A stretch of 64,000 nt of DNA, taken from positions 144,682 to 208,681 of the forward strand of contig JACPBG010000002.1 of NCBI GenBank assembly GCA_016180435.1, written 5' to 3'. The position numbers and the translations under genes are program-made. Origin of the DNA: Candidatus Sungiibacteriota bacterium (GTDB lineage Bacteria > Patescibacteriota > Minisyncoccia > Sungbacterales > HO2-52-23). Numbering within the stretch: the first letter of the stretch is position 1; the number at the start of each line of letters is the position of its first letter. Positions 27,850 to 39,044 of the stretch are shown here, piece by piece. The notes under the pieces are model-generated. The model saw only the letters and a list, made by a program, of their open reading frames with translations. It was not told the DNA's origin and ran no database searches.

Positions 27850-30800
27850 ATGAAAAGAACAACATTTTTAATATGCATCGCCCTTGGTGCGGCGGCGTTT
27901 TTATTTATTTCTAATTCTGCCATGGCTGTCGGGGATAGCGGGGAAGCGGCTGATACGGCTTTGCAGGGCATACGGGAGCAGTTTGCGCAACTTCAGCAAG
28001 AATTCGGGATTTTGCGCTCAACCTCTCTTTTGGATGCGGCGGCATTTCAGCGGTTTCTTAATAAGTTAAACGCCATAAAGAATACTCTCTCTGATTTAAA
28101 GAAAAGCGTTAAAGATAAAGAGCCGGCGGCAATTGCCGGTTATGCTAAGAAATCTACGGATGTTGTAAAAGAAATCAAAAATGAGGTTTCGCGGGGTGTT
28201 TCCGGCGCGGATGTTAAAGAACTTCAGGAAACCCTAAAGAATTTTCCGGAGGTATATCCCGAGGGTCTTGCCACCGGATTTTTCGGTCCGGCCACCGAGA
28301 GTGCGGTTAAAAAACTTCAGAAAAAACTTGGTCTTGAAGAAAGCGGTAAGTTTGATAAAAAAACTAAAGAGAATTTAAATTCCATTCTGCATGCGGTTGA
28401 TAAGAAAAAGCCGCCCAAAATTTCTGAAGTTACGCCGGACTCGGGACAAGCCGGAATTACCATGGCCATCACCGGCAAAGGATTTACCGAAGAGGATAAT
28501 GCCATTTTTGTCCGCGGGAAAACAGTTCTCAAGGGTCTTTCCTCCAAGGAAGGAGGAACCAGTATTTCTTTCGTTATGCCTTCAGATATGTATGTTGTAT
28601 GTCCGGTTGGTCCGGACTCTAAAAAAGCATGCCCAATTAAAGTGGTTAATTCCAACGGAATTTCAAACGCCCGCCCTTTTAAATTAACCGGTATCCAGTT
28701 GCCGGCTCCGATTGATCCGTCCCTGCCGCCTGCTCCGGAACCCGCGCCCGCACCCGCACCGACTCCGGCTCCAACGCCCATACCAACGCCAACACCTGCT
28801 CCGACGCCCGAAGCAACTCCAATACCCACACCAACTCCGCCCCCCACTCCGGTAATTTTAAATCTCGATCCGCCCAAAGGCATTGTGGGCAGCGGAGTTA
28901 AAGTAATCGGCAGCGGATTTACAGCTAACAATAACACTCTTAATTTTGCCGGAACGGAAATTACCGGTCTGTCATCTTCTGACGGCACGACTCTTAATTT
29001 TACCGTTCCATCAAGCTCGCTCTGCAGTATAGGAAAAACCTGTCCGGTGCATGTTAAAAATGTAAACGGAACCTCAAATCCATCCTCTTTTCTTCTGGTT
29101 CAGGCCATAACGCCGGTAAATGTCGGCGCTCCCAACGGCGGCGAGACATATGTCCAGGGATTAAAATACACTTTGCGCTGGTCCGGAGGAACTGACCGGG
29201 TACAAATTATTCTGGTTAGCGAAAATGCGGCTAGCGGTTCTGATCCGTCAGAATTTATTGTCGGTTGGATCGCAACTTCAACTGTTCCATCCGGATCAAT
29301 AGTGTGGGATGCGCGCTCGGTTTGCACTTTGGACGGCATTTGTATCAAAGTTGAACCGGGGAAATATAAAATTCTTGCGCTTTCTGAAGATGAACTTGGT
29401 TTCTTAACAATCTGGGATGATATTGCTGATCAGGCCGGGAATTGGGATGTGAGCGACGGGGCATTTACGATTCATCCCGAAGCATCCATAACTCTTTATA
29501 TTCCGAACGGAGGCGAATCCTACACCGTGGGGTATCAGATGATCTTCTGTTTTGATACATATAATATATTGAGTAAAAAAGTTACGATTGAACTTTGGAA
29601 GGGCGGAAAGTTTTATCGGACCATATTTCAGGAATATAACCTTGCGACCGAAATCGGTTCTTATGCCAATCGCTGGATAATTCCTACGGATGTTGAACCC
29701 GGATACGACTATCAAGTAAAAATTTATGATCCCGATCTCCCTCAAGTTTATGACATGAGCGACAGATTCTTTTATATTCGCAGCGTTCCTTCTTACATTC
29801 GCCTCTATTCTCCGAATGGTGGAGAAAAATGGGTGCAAGAATTCAAGGGGCAGGTTTATTGGTACGGATCTAATCTTCCGAGCCAGGCAGTTACCGTAAA
29901 TCTTTTGAAAGGGGGGGCATTTTTCAAGAATATTGCCACCAATCTTCCTCAAAAGTATTCCTGGTCCGATCAAATTTATTCTTCCGGGAGTTTTTCGTAC
30001 GACACCGCGGTAACGGCTGATCTTCCGGTGGGCAGCGATTATCAGATTGAAATTTTGGATTCGGCAAGTTCCACCATCCGGGATGTGAGCGATGCCGTGT
30101 TCAGCGTGGTTGCACTGCCGGATAAAATTACGACTACCGTGAGAGTTTTGGATTATCACACTAAAACCCCTTTTATCAATCAGAGTTCTTGGGTGTATGA
30201 CTCCGGAAGAAGCAAGCTGATTACTACCGATCAGAACGGCGAACTATCGGTTACGGCCACGACATCGGATATAATAAAGGGCTATTACAGCGGATTTTTT
30301 CTGCAGCCGACCTGTTTCGAATATAAATCTATCAATGTTTATCGTGATACCTACGGTCTCTATACTTACGTCAATATTTTCCCATTCATAGGGCCTTCAA
30401 GATCATACCGCGTGTATTCCGGCGATAATAACGTTGGAGATACGCCCTTTTGGCAGATGACCAATCTTAGATTAAGTTCGGATATTCCGGCACGCAGCAG
30501 TTTGTATTATAGGGATACCGCAACCGGCAAGGCCGTTAATTGGTATGGCACCGGTTCGAGCTTTACCGCAGGAGCTAATTATGGGAATGCCCTTCCTTCG
30601 GCTCTGGATGTTTGGGCGCGTATTGAGGATTTAGCCGGAAACCTTATGTACTCGCCTTACAAACATATTCTTGCCGGGACATGCCCCGGGCCGCAGGTTT
30701 TGTCTGTGACCGATGCCACGCCTCGTTGGGAGCCATATCCGGTTAATGTTTCGATGCCGTATATTTATCCGCTTGTCGGGCGGAGTGTGAAAGCAGATGT

Positions 30801-33096
30801 TACAGCCAGCGGGGGAGCGGCTCCATATGAGTGGAATGTGCCGTTCGGTTCTCTTCCTCCGGATCTTATCTTAAGCCCCAGCGGTACGTTTTCTGGAACT
30901 ACAACCGAAGCCGGATTTTTTAACTCTATAGTCAAGGTTAAGGATTCGAAGGGCGTTAGCAATGTGATTGATTTTTCTCCGTTAATCTACAATAAGGATT
31001 GGACCATTCCGCCAACGATTAGAATTAACTCTCCGAATCCGCGTCTGCAAATATATCAAGGCGGGGGAATGGGGATCGGTTGGTATACCTATAGCATCCC
31101 CGCTAAAAAGGTGGCGATCGATCTTCTAAAAGGCGGAACACTGTATCGCAATATTAATCCCGGATTTACTATGAATGCCACCTCATCATATGGATATTAT
31201 TACTGGAAGATGCCGATTGACATTCCCGAAGGGCTTGATTATGCGATTAGAGTTTCAGATGCGTCAAACCCGGCGGTTTTTGGCCAGGTCGGCCAAATGC
31301 AGATTGTGAGCAGTATCGGAACTTCTTGGTACCAGAGTTCTATCTGGACTTGGAATGGATTAAGCTATACCATAACTCCCGCTTATAGCCAGTACCTTTC
31401 TTTCCGATTCGCTACTTCAAGTTTGCCCGATATTGAAGGATTCCGGCTCTATGAAAAGCGTCCCGGAGATACAAATTTTAATCTTGCCGCAAGCTTTATT
31501 GATCCTTCGCTTTGCCTGGCGTTTAAAGGCGGGTTGAAATCCGGGGTCTGGACCTTGAGTTTTTATTGTACCGGCGCCAATGATGTCTGGACCATCCGGC
31601 GGGACTACGCGCCCCTTTCTTCATATCCGGTTGGAGCGTATGAATATTATGTTGCCAGCGTGGATCATTACGGTGTTGAATCGGAGCCGATTGCGCGACT
31701 GCGTCAATATGCGCTTGAGAGGGTGACGGTTCTTTCGCCGACATCAGCCGACTCGCCACTCGCAACATCAGAGCCCATGATTCGCTGGACCGTTCCCAAA
31801 GATTGGCCCGGCACTATGGATAAGTATTTCACGGTTTATGTCAGGGATGCGATAACTAACGCTCAGGTAAGTTATGCCGGGACTCTAGTGGGTCCATGGG
31901 ATGAAGTAGGATACAGAAAGTACGAATCGGCGTGTGGAACAGTTTCCTGTTGGTATCCTTCCAAGGAACTTGACCTTACTAAAAAATATACGGTTGAAGT
32001 CGGGGGGTCTACCGGCATCTTTGACCAGAATTTGCTTTCGCGCGTAAGCTACATAGCCATGAGCGCGGGAACCAGCACTTTCTGGTTTGAACAATATATG
32101 CCTCCGCCTCCGGTTAGTATCACAACCGAAAGTCTGCCGACATCCATGATATCTACTTCGTATAACGCCGCGCTGGCCGCAACCGGCGGCGTAGCTCCTT
32201 ATAGATGGAGCTTGGTTTCCGGAGCGCTTCCGGCCGGATTCACGCTCTATGCCGATGGAAGAATATACGGCTGGTCCAGCCAGCAGGGTATTTTCAAATT
32301 CACGGCGCAAGTTACTGACTCACTCGGCGGAACAGCCATCAAAGATTTGTGGATTGAAATAAAGCCGGAAATCGGAGCGTATTGGAGCGGAGGATACGGG
32401 ATAAACCCTCTATATACGCAATACATGAGATTTGGATATACGAAGCCGGCAGATGTGACTGCGTTCAAGCTGTATCAAAAAATTCCGGGTGAAACTTCTT
32501 TTAAAGCCGTTGGAACATTTTCCGGAATTTCCGAAACTTGCGGCGCTAATTTCAGCCCCACCGATTCATTATGGCGCCTATATTTTGCCTGCGGCACCTC
32601 CTATCGTTACTGGCAAGCAAGCTTAAAAAACAGTTATGCGGCTTCATACTTTCCGGTCGGTGAATATGATTATTATCTGACAGCCCTTGGCAGTGGCGGG
32701 GCGGAGGTAAATATTACTCCGGTCATAAAACTCTTCGCGCTTGATCGAACAATGATTATGAGTCCGACTGAAGCACAGTCACCGACTGTTGCCGCGCCGA
32801 AGTTTGAATGGACTGTTGCCCAAACCGGATGGCCATCCGGGGTAACTCCGGCGTATTATACCATGATATTCCCGGAAGGATCCTCTAGCTATGTCTATTA
32901 TAAATGGACATACGGCAAGGTTGGCGTACCAACTGCATCTTATGTCTATGACGGTACTACTCCGTTTGATCCGGCCAAAAAATATATAGTGAATATCCAA
33001 AATTACAGTCAAACAGTTCTTGATCCCGCGTCATTTACCAAGATTTCCTATATCTCAATGCTTGATGCGGTGTCACGTTTCTGGATCAGCCCTTAA
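27850..33096 (+). CDS. Large secreted surface protein: PG-binding domain, IPT/TIG domains, Pro/Thr linker, PNGGE-type Ig repeats, putative Ig (He_PIG-like) domains
   Basis: Signal peptide, DVKELQ..L...YPEG..TG.FGP.T..AV, PAPTP linker, repeated PNGGE, ASGGAAPYEW / ATGGVAPYRW. Confidence 0.8.
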   Translation: MKRTTFLICIALGAAAFLFISNSAMAVGDSGEAADTALQGIREQFAQLQQEFGILRSTSLLDAAAFQRFLNKLNAIKNTLSDLKKSVKDKEPAAIAGYAKKSTDVVKEIKNEVSRGVSGADVKELQETLKNFPEVYPEGLATGFFGPATESAVKKLQKKLGLEESGKFDKKTKENLNSILHAVDKKKPPKISEVTPDSGQAGITMAITGKGFTEEDNAIFVRGKTVLKGLSSKEGGTSISFVMPSDMYVVCPVGPDSKKACPIKVVNSNGISNARPFKLTGIQLPAPIDPSLPPAPEPAPAPAPTPAPTPIPTPTPAPTPEATPIPTPTPPPTPVILNLDPPKGIVGSGVKVIGSGFTANNNTLNFAGTEITGLSSSDGTTLNFTVPSSSLCSIGKTCPVHVKNVNGTSNPSSFLLVQAITPVNVGAPNGGETYVQGLKYTLRWSGGTDRVQIILVSENAASGSDPSEFIVGWIATSTVPSGSIVWDARSVCTLDGICIKVEPGKYKILALSEDELGFLTIWDDIADQAGNWDVSDGAFTIHPEASITLYIPNGGESYTVGYQMIFCFDTYNILSKKVTIELWKGGKFYRTIFQEYNLATEIGSYANRWIIPTDVEPGYDYQVKIYDPDLPQVYDMSDRFFYIRSVPSYIRLYSPNGGEKWVQEFKGQVYWYGSNLPSQAVTVNLLKGGAFFKNIATNLPQKYSWSDQIYSSGSFSYDTAVTADLPVGSDYQIEILDSASSTIRDVSDAVFSVVALPDKITTTVRVLDYHTKTPFINQSSWVYDSGRSKLITTDQNGELSVTATTSDIIKGYYSGFFLQPTCFEYKSINVYRDTYGLYTYVNIFPFIGPSRSYRVYSGDNNVGDTPFWQMTNLRLSSDIPARSSLYYRDTATGKAVNWYGTGSSFTAGANYGNALPSALDVWARIEDLAGNLMYSPYKHILAGTCPGPQVLSVTDATPRWEPYPVNVSMPYIYPLVGRSVKADVTASGGAAPYEWNVPFGSLPPDLILSPSGTFSGTTTEAGFFNSIVKVKDSKGVSNVIDFSPLIYNKDWTIPPTIRINSPNPRLQIYQGGGMGIGWYTYSIPAKKVAIDLLKGGTLYRNINPGFTMNATSSYGYYYWKMPIDIPEGLDYAIRVSDASNPAVFGQVGQMQIVSSIGTSWYQSSIWTWNGLSYTITPAYSQYLSFRFATSSLPDIEGFRLYEKRPGDTNFNLAASFIDPSLCLAFKGGLKSGVWTLSFYCTGANDVWTIRRDYAPLSSYPVGAYEYYVASVDHYGVESEPIARLRQYALERVTVLSPTSADSPLATSEPMIRWTVPKDWPGTMDKYFTVYVRDAITNAQVSYAGTLVGPWDEVGYRKYESACGTVSCWYPSKELDLTKKYTVEVGGSTGIFDQNLLSRVSYIAMSAGTSTFWFEQYMPPPPVSITTESLPTSMISTSYNAALAATGGVAPYRWSLVSGALPAGFTLYADGRIYGWSSQQGIFKFTAQVTDSLGGTAIKDLWIEIKPEIGAYWSGGYGINPLYTQYMRFGYTKPADVTAFKLYQKIPGETSFKAVGTFSGISETCGANFSPTDSLWRLYFACGTSYRYWQASLKNSYAASYFPVGEYDYYLTALGSGGAEVNITPVIKLFALDRTMIMSPTEAQSPTVAAPKFEWTVAQTGWPSGVTPAYYTMIFPEGSSSYVYYKWTYGKVGVPTASYVYDGTTPFDPAKKYIVNIQNYSQTVLDPASFTKISYISMLDAVSRFWISP

Positions 33097-33160
33097 AGAA
33101 TTTAAGTGAGGCTAAACCTTGATAGTAAACTATCGAGGTTTAGCCTCTATAAGTAAGCAT

Positions 33161-33739
33161 ATGGCATTTCCTCTTAATTTTTCTTATTCACCCCCATCTA
33201 GTGTTCGCCAGTTATCGCCCGGCAAAGCCGCACTTGTTTTGTTAGGAATAGGCATTCTGGGCGCAGGGCTTACAACTTTTTTGGGTATTCCTATGCTGAT
33301 GAATGCTACGGCAAGTCAAAGTTGGCCAGCGGTTGAAGGCGTGATCAAGATATCGGAATTTACCACTAACCGGGATCGTGATGACGGAGGTGTAACTTAT
33401 GGGGCGAGCATTGTTTATGACTACACGGTTAAGGGCACGGTTTATAGCGGATCTAATGTTCACTTCGGCCAATATAGCACGAGCGACCCCAGTTACGGCC
33501 GCGGCCTGGTGAATCGTTATCCGGTGGGGGAGCAGATAAATGTTTATTATGATCCGAATGATCCCTCGATTTCAGTATTGGAACCCGGCGCCGGGTGGAG
33601 CAGTTTTATGGTAGTGGGTATAGGGGCGCTTTTTACTCTTTTAGGATTTATTGGCGGTTTTTTCCAGTTTAAAAAATATAAGCGGGGAGAACCATTCGCC
33701 TCACAACCTGCTTCTGTCTCGCCCACAATTAGTAATTAA
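33161..33739 (+). CDS. DUF3592-like membrane protein
   Basis: TM - SWP.VEG.I..S - Y.YTV.G..Y - YPVG..I.VYYDP.DP..SVL - TM. Confidence 0.75.
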   Translation: MAFPLNFSYSPPSSVRQLSPGKAALVLLGIGILGAGLTTFLGIPMLMNATASQSWPAVEGVIKISEFTTNRDRDDGGVTYGASIVYDYTVKGTVYSGSNVHFGQYSTSDPSYGRGLVNRYPVGEQINVYYDPNDPSISVLEPGAGWSSFMVVGIGALFTLLGFIGGFFQFKKYKRGEPFASQPASVSPTISN

Positions 33740-33807
33740 ATTGTGCCGATCTAACGGGGTGGATAACTTTATGGGTGTTTTCGGGCGAGAATTGGTACCA
33801 TGAAGAA

Positions 33808-34416
33808 ATGGAAAACAAAAATAACATTATTATAATTTTGGTCATATTGTTGCTTGCGGCAGCGGGGGCGGCGGTTTATTTTGCCCAAAAAGGCCCGGTT
33901 ATCATAGGCGGTCAGGCCGGGGTGGAGGTTTGCGGAATTTTGCCGGTATTTACGGGCCAGCTTGACTCCGGTTCCGGCAGTTCGCCGCCATCCTTCATCG
34001 CTCAGGACATCTGCCATATGGTTTTTGCCAATGAGAAGAGCGATGTCGCGATTTGCGGGAAAGTTAAAACTCCGGAATTAAAAGGCCAGTGCTATTCCAT
34101 GCTTGCGATCAAAAGCGGGGGAACGGAGGCCTGCGAGAATGCTCCGGCAGATGCCCGCGACCGGTGCTATTCGCAAGTTGCCGAAAGAATGGGCGATCCT
34201 AAAGCGTGTGAGCAGATTAAACTTGCCAATGAACGCGATAATTGTCTTTCAAATTATGCTTCACGAATAGGAGATGGAGCGCTTTGTAAAAAAATAACGA
34301 ACATTAACCAGCGCGATAATTGTTATATGAATACTGCGCGCAATGATTCTTCCCTATGCAATAGCGTTTCCAATATAAATATGCGTCAGGATTGCTTGAG
34401 GAATATCGGGCGTTAA
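33808..34416 (+). CDS. Membrane-anchored Cys-rich repeat protein
   Basis: N-terminal TM; repeated D...C..I.....RD.C motifs. Confidence 0.7.
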   Translation: MENKNNIIIILVILLLAAAGAAVYFAQKGPVIIGGQAGVEVCGILPVFTGQLDSGSGSSPPSFIAQDICHMVFANEKSDVAICGKVKTPELKGQCYSMLAIKSGGTEACENAPADARDRCYSQVAERMGDPKACEQIKLANERDNCLSNYASRIGDGALCKKITNINQRDNCYMNTARNDSSLCNSVSNINMRQDCLRNIGR

Positions 34417-34622
34417 AGCAGTTCTTTGAACTCCGCGTCGGTTAATCCCGCATCTTTTATGATGCTTTTAAGAGTGTATGGATTTAAGCGGTTATGGTGA
34501 GGAATGGTAATTTTTCTGGTGCCGTTGGTCATGCCGATATGTTTACTATTTTTAGAAATCCCAAAATTAGCTTTTTCAAAAGCTTTTACCGCGTGATCCG
34601 AAGAGATATCCGTAAAAAGCAT
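34413..34622 (-). CDS. hicA: HicA-family toxin
   Basis: SKH, ITIPHH, TLKSIIKDAGL. Confidence 0.85.
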   Translation of the reverse strand: MLFTDISSDHAVKAFEKANFGISKNSKHIGMTNGTRKITIPHHNRLNPYTLKSIIKDAGLTDAEFKELL

Positions 34623-34625
34623 GAA

Positions 34626-34826
34626 TTACGCAAACGCTACCTCAACTTCTTTTACCGCTGCCCCATTGAGCTCTTCTTTCTCCATTTCTAAATATGTTAA
34701 AATGGCATCTTTGATATTTTCTAAAGCTTCTTGTTCGGTATCTCCTTGGCTATGGCAACCCGGGAGCGCTGGCACATGTACATCGTACCCATAGTCGCTT
34801 TTTCTTAAAATTACAGAGTATTTCAT
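34626..34826 (-). CDS. hicB: HicB-family antitoxin
   Basis: VPALPGCHSQGDTEQEALENIKDAI. Confidence 0.9.
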   Translation of the reverse strand: MKYSVILRKSDYGYDVHVPALPGCHSQGDTEQEALENIKDAILTYLEMEKEELNGAAVKEVEVAFA

Positions 34827-34931
34827 TGGTTTGATCTTAGCATACTCAATTGTAGAAATCAATAAGCGTACACTTAATTGCAGCGTTGCGCGCACACATA
34901 GCGCAAAAGCAGAGTTTGCAATAATTATTAG

Positions 34932-35795
34932 ATGTTTAAGACTATTTTAATCATCTTTTTGGTTCTTGCGGCAGTCGGCGTCGCGGGCGGCAGTTATTAT
35001 TATTTTGAGGTTTATTCGCCGGAGAAATATGCCGGTGCAGTTTTATCGCTTTATCAAAAGCTGGAAAGCGCTGGCTTGGAGCCCGACGCTTCATCTTTGA
35101 AAAATGCATCCGACTACGAAAACGCCCTTAGAGTTTTAAATGAAAAAATTTCGCTCCTAAATTCCATCAAAAGTGATCTGGCTGCGGTAGAGGTTCCGAA
35201 GCGCATGGAAAATTTTCAGAATGAGTTTATGAATTATATCGATTTTTTGCTCCCACGGCATGAACATGCCAAAGATCTTGCCGAATTTTTAAGCAGCGCC
35301 AATGTATTGCATGAAGCATTTGAGGCGTTGGATGAGCAGCGAGCGCCGTCATCACCCACGCAGCCGGCTGCTGATTTTCAAGAATTGTTTGCCAAACGTT
35401 TTTCCAAAATACAATCTGCCGGGCGCGAATTTGCCCGCAAAGAGGTTGAAGTCGTTACCGATCCATCCTTTTCCGAGCTGAAAACACTATGGGAGGGAGC
35501 CAGTCCCGGTTTTGATTTGGTGCTTAAAAAAATATCGCAATTAAATCCGAAATTGCCGGCGAGCCAAATGATGAATAATTTATTCACTCCTTCCGAGCAA
35601 AAACAACTTGATTCCTATACCCCCAAAGTAGAGGGACTTTCAAAAAAGCTTGACGATTTGGTTAAAAAATACCAGGCTTATGATATCTTGGCATTCAAGT
35701 ACTTTCCTGATTCAACTTCGGCCGAGGCCAGCGAACGCTCGCTTAAATTTTATAACACCCTGCAAGAGCTTAAAGCAAAATACGGAACAAGATAA
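34932..35795 (+). CDS. Membrane-anchored helical hypothetical protein
   Basis: N-terminal TM, long amphipathic open frame. Confidence 0.65.
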   Translation: MFKTILIIFLVLAAVGVAGGSYYYFEVYSPEKYAGAVLSLYQKLESAGLEPDASSLKNASDYENALRVLNEKISLLNSIKSDLAAVEVPKRMENFQNEFMNYIDFLLPRHEHAKDLAEFLSSANVLHEAFEALDEQRAPSSPTQPAADFQELFAKRFSKIQSAGREFARKEVEVVTDPSFSELKTLWEGASPGFDLVLKKISQLNPKLPASQMMNNLFTPSEQKQLDSYTPKVEGLSKKLDDLVKKYQAYDILAFKYFPDSTSAEASERSLKFYNTLQELKAKYGTR

Positions 35796-35812
35796 AAGTT
35801 TAAGATAAAATT

Positions 35813-36877
35813 ATGTTCACGAAATTATATACAGAAAAAATGCAAATTGTCGGTTTAGTTGCGCTGATAATTTTAGCGGGACTCGTTGTCTGGAGATACC
35901 CAATGTTGCAGACCGCAAGCATTATTTCTCCGATAAGCGGTGAGACATTCCGTTCTGATCAGTTGATGGAAATACGATGGACCCCGGGTAATCCCGGAAT
36001 CCGGATGATTGAACTTGTTCCTCAATCCGGCTCACTCATAACGATTTACCAGACATCCGTATTTGCTTATCCAATTACGGATACGAGCGGATCATTCAGT
36101 TTTGTGCCATCCGCGCGCGGGGTGCCTCCGGGCCAGTATCACATCCGGATTTATAATGCCAATTCAAGCGATTATTCGGTAACTACCAATCCCATCCGTA
36201 TTGTATTGCCGCAATCTCCTATGGTTCCGGTGGTTGTGCAAAGCCCTAATGGGGGAGAGACATATGCCTTGGGCGGCCCGATTAAAATTTCCTGGAGCGG
36301 CGGAAAAAATAAGGTATGGGTCGGTATTGCCAAGGCCGAATATTTTGTGGGAGGGACTTATCCTTTGATGGCGTTTATTACTAAAGATGCCGCTCCGAAT
36401 GGATCTTTGATGTGGGACGGCAAACTTTGCGTTTTGCCTGGTGATTGTAGGCCGGTAACTTATTGGCAACCGGATGGATCCGTTAAAGTCGTGGTTGTTT
36501 CCGAAAACGCGGATGGAGATTATTGCACCCAGTCCCCGGATCGGCCGTGCAACATAGATGCAAGCGACGGTCCGTTTGCGGTTAAGTCCGCAACTGTTGC
36601 GCCATCGCCTGCGCCGTTAACACCCAAACCCACTGCGGTTATCCCGACTCCGTTTATAGCGCGTCCTAAACCAACAACCGTTCCTGCGCCAACAATCAAA
36701 CCAAAATCAGTCCAGCCCACCCGGCCCGGTAGCGGAAAAGATAATAATTTACCGTCCGAAGTTCAAAGAAATCCGATAATTTCTGATGATAATATGGTAC
36801 CTGACTTCAATCCGCCCGAACGGCCGGGGATTTTAGGCAGAATTTGGGGAACACTCCGTTTCTGGCTGGGTTTTTAA
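35813..36877 (+). CDS. Membrane-anchored Ig-like (SPNGGE repeat) surface protein with Pro/Thr tail
   Basis: TM, SPISGE/SPNGGE repeats similar to those in 27850-33096. Confidence 0.65.
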   Translation: MFTKLYTEKMQIVGLVALIILAGLVVWRYPMLQTASIISPISGETFRSDQLMEIRWTPGNPGIRMIELVPQSGSLITIYQTSVFAYPITDTSGSFSFVPSARGVPPGQYHIRIYNANSSDYSVTTNPIRIVLPQSPMVPVVVQSPNGGETYALGGPIKISWSGGKNKVWVGIAKAEYFVGGTYPLMAFITKDAAPNGSLMWDGKLCVLPGDCRPVTYWQPDGSVKVVVVSENADGDYCTQSPDRPCNIDASDGPFAVKSATVAPSPAPLTPKPTAVIPTPFIARPKPTTVPAPTIKPKSVQPTRPGSGKDNNLPSEVQRNPIISDDNMVPDFNPPERPGILGRIWGTLRFWLGF

Positions 36878-38214
36878 TCATTACAGATATATTGAGATAA
36901 ATAGGGGGCATCCTCCCTAAAGCAATCCTTGAAATTTTCAAGGAATTTTTCTTTTTCCGAAGGTATGAGGAAAACATAAAGCGGCTTTGGAAAATTTTTC
37001 AGAAAATCTATTTTTTCTTCGCGCGATCCGATGGAAAATGAAACCCATTCCTGTACTGTGTGCGTGTCGTGCAGCATTCCCGGGGCGACAACTCTATTTT
37101 GACTCCATCCTTGAACCCAGGGTGCCAGCGGAGTGGATGTAAGGATCGCGGCGTTATTCGGAACGATCTGCCGGATATTTTCAAGTTCTTCAAGGTCTGG
37201 GCCTGACACCAGCGGCCGGAGATTTTGGATCCGGCCATATAAATTCAGCAAAACCCAAAGAGGCAATAAGATCACGAGCACTAAGTGGATCAGCTTAATT
37301 TTCGTAAGGCGGCTTCTGGGCATGTTGTTGAGCAGATTTTTAAAGCCAAGCGCCGACGCCACAACTATTATGATGTCAGTAAATATAAATATTCTTTCAT
37401 AAAACGGCAGGAAAAAGATGGGAAAGGCCGCGGCCACGATAAAAAGCGCCACTGCGGTAGAGCGCGGGTTGTCATAGAAAAAACCTTTTACACCCCATAA
37501 TGCCATTAAAAATAAAGGGAGAGATAACAGGGCATATTCTTTCCAGCCCATAAATACCGCAACCGGAGCGCTTAAATAATCCGGCAGTGAATCCGAGTGC
37601 AGATATAAAAACGCGAGCATGGTTCCCGTAAGCACTGCGGCCGTAAGCGCGCGGCGTTTATGGTTAAGTATAAGATATACTGCCAGAGTCAAAAGAAAAA
37701 TAATGCCGGTAGTGTGGTGGCTGAAAGCGATTAGGATTCCGAATGGCACTGCCAGGTGCGAATTTCGTTCCAGCATTAAAAATGTTATCAGAATGAGCGG
37801 AATTGCAAATGCGCTTTTAAAAAGCATGTACCAATAGGCGGTATATTGGACCGGTGAGGCGATAAGAAAAATAGCCGCGAGTATTCCGCTGCGGTTTCCG
37901 AAGCGCTGCCGCACGAAAAAAAATAGCGCCACCGGTTGTATGATAAAAAGGAATAAATATCCTCCATAAAGTATAATATCGGGCGTAAATTTAAACAGGC
38001 GAATTATATCAAGAAATATGCGCGGAGTCAGTGCGTTTTCTCCAAAACCCGGAACCGGGGTGTTTGGAAAAGAAGTAAACGGCTGTATAACATAGCGCCG
38101 GTAAAATCCGGTGTCATATCCCAAAGGATGCGGACCAAAGATTAAAAACGGAACAAGATGGATTATCAGGGATAATGCAGCCAGAAAAATTATTGTGTTC
38201 CGGGTGTTTATCAT
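36874..38214 (-). CDS. GT-C fold multi-pass membrane glycosyltransferase (PMT/STT3-like, putative)
   Basis: GYDTG after the first TM, many TM segments, soluble C-terminal domain. Confidence 0.6.
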   Translation of the reverse strand: MINTRNTIIFLAALSLIIHLVPFLIFGPHPLGYDTGFYRRYVIQPFTSFPNTPVPGFGENALTPRIFLDIIRLFKFTPDIILYGGYLFLFIIQPVALFFFVRQRFGNRSGILAAIFLIASPVQYTAYWYMLFKSAFAIPLILITFLMLERNSHLAVPFGILIAFSHHTTGIIFLLTLAVYLILNHKRRALTAAVLTGTMLAFLYLHSDSLPDYLSAPVAVFMGWKEYALLSLPLFLMALWGVKGFFYDNPRSTAVALFIVAAAFPIFFLPFYERIFIFTDIIIVVASALGFKNLLNNMPRSRLTKIKLIHLVLVILLPLWVLLNLYGRIQNLRPLVSGPDLEELENIRQIVPNNAAILTSTPLAPWVQGWSQNRVVAPGMLHDTHTVQEWVSFSIGSREEKIDFLKNFPKPLYVFLIPSEKEKFLENFKDCFREDAPYLSQYICND

Positions 38215-38300
38215 TTTTTCATTATAGCAAAATATACGGCAATTCGCTGATTGTGGATAGTTGGATTTGGTTAGTTTTCCGCCAGCGCTTATACTATATA

Positions 38301-38552
38301 AGACCTCCTGCATAATAAGCTTTCGTGACGAAATTTCAGAATTTTGTGCGAAAACGGCGAAGCGCGAGGCGGCATATATGGCATATATACGCCAACGAGC
38401 GATGAACCGTTTGCTTCTGCCTTCTTGGCAGAAGCCGGGGAAATTCTTAACGCTCGCACGGCTTTGCCGGCTCGCTAAATTTCCCGCGAATCACTGCATG
38501 ATTCGCCCCAAATTCTGAAATTGCAGTAGAAATGTTATTTTGCAGGAGGTCT
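38301..38552. mobile_element. ~250-bp MITE-like element
   Basis: TIR AGACCTCCTGCATAATAA / TTATTTTGCAGGAGGTCT plus inner IR AATTTCAGAATTT / AAATTCTGAAATT; no credible CDS. Confidence 0.7.
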
Positions 38553-38810
38553 ATGGTAGTGGAAGAGCCATCCTCTAAAAAAACGCTTTATATCAGTATT
38601 GTCGCGGCCCTCATTCTAATCGGAGGGATTATTTGGTATTGGTCGCAAAAGAGTGCTCCAGAACCGGTTGAACCGGCGGGCGCGGTTGGAGCGGCCGAGA
38701 CGTTGAGCGAATCGGTTCCGGAAATAAAAACCAATCTGGGGGAAAAAGTCCCGGAAGTAAATCCACTGGATCGGGCCAATCCGTTCAAATATAAAAATCC
38801 GTTAAGATAA
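38553..38810 (+). CDS. Small single-TM hypothetical protein
   Basis: TM segment IVAALILIGGIIWYW; C-terminal P..NP...NPF..KNP. Confidence 0.65.
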   Translation: MVVEEPSSKKTLYISIVAALILIGGIIWYWSQKSAPEPVEPAGAVGAAETLSESVPEIKTNLGEKVPEVNPLDRANPFKYKNPLR

Positions 38811-39044
38811 TCCCGTTAGAAGCCGCGATCGCATATCGGGATTTAAATACCGTTAAATATTTCGAGTTTAATATAAATAATAACAAAGCAGATTGTATTA
38901 GTTGATCGCGATCCCGGTACCACAAATCCTGTCGGATTTGGCTACGGGACAAGTATGATCAAAACAAAGATTATTTTAAGCATGTCTCGCCCCGTAGTCA
39001 CCAAGTGTACGAGGTGTACTATCGGGGTCTGCTTCTAACGGGAT
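38810..39044. mobile_element. CCCGTTAGA-family element with a nested insert
   Basis: ATCCCGTTAGAAGC...GCTTCTAACGGGAT; shares its ends with 57154-57273. Confidence 0.75.
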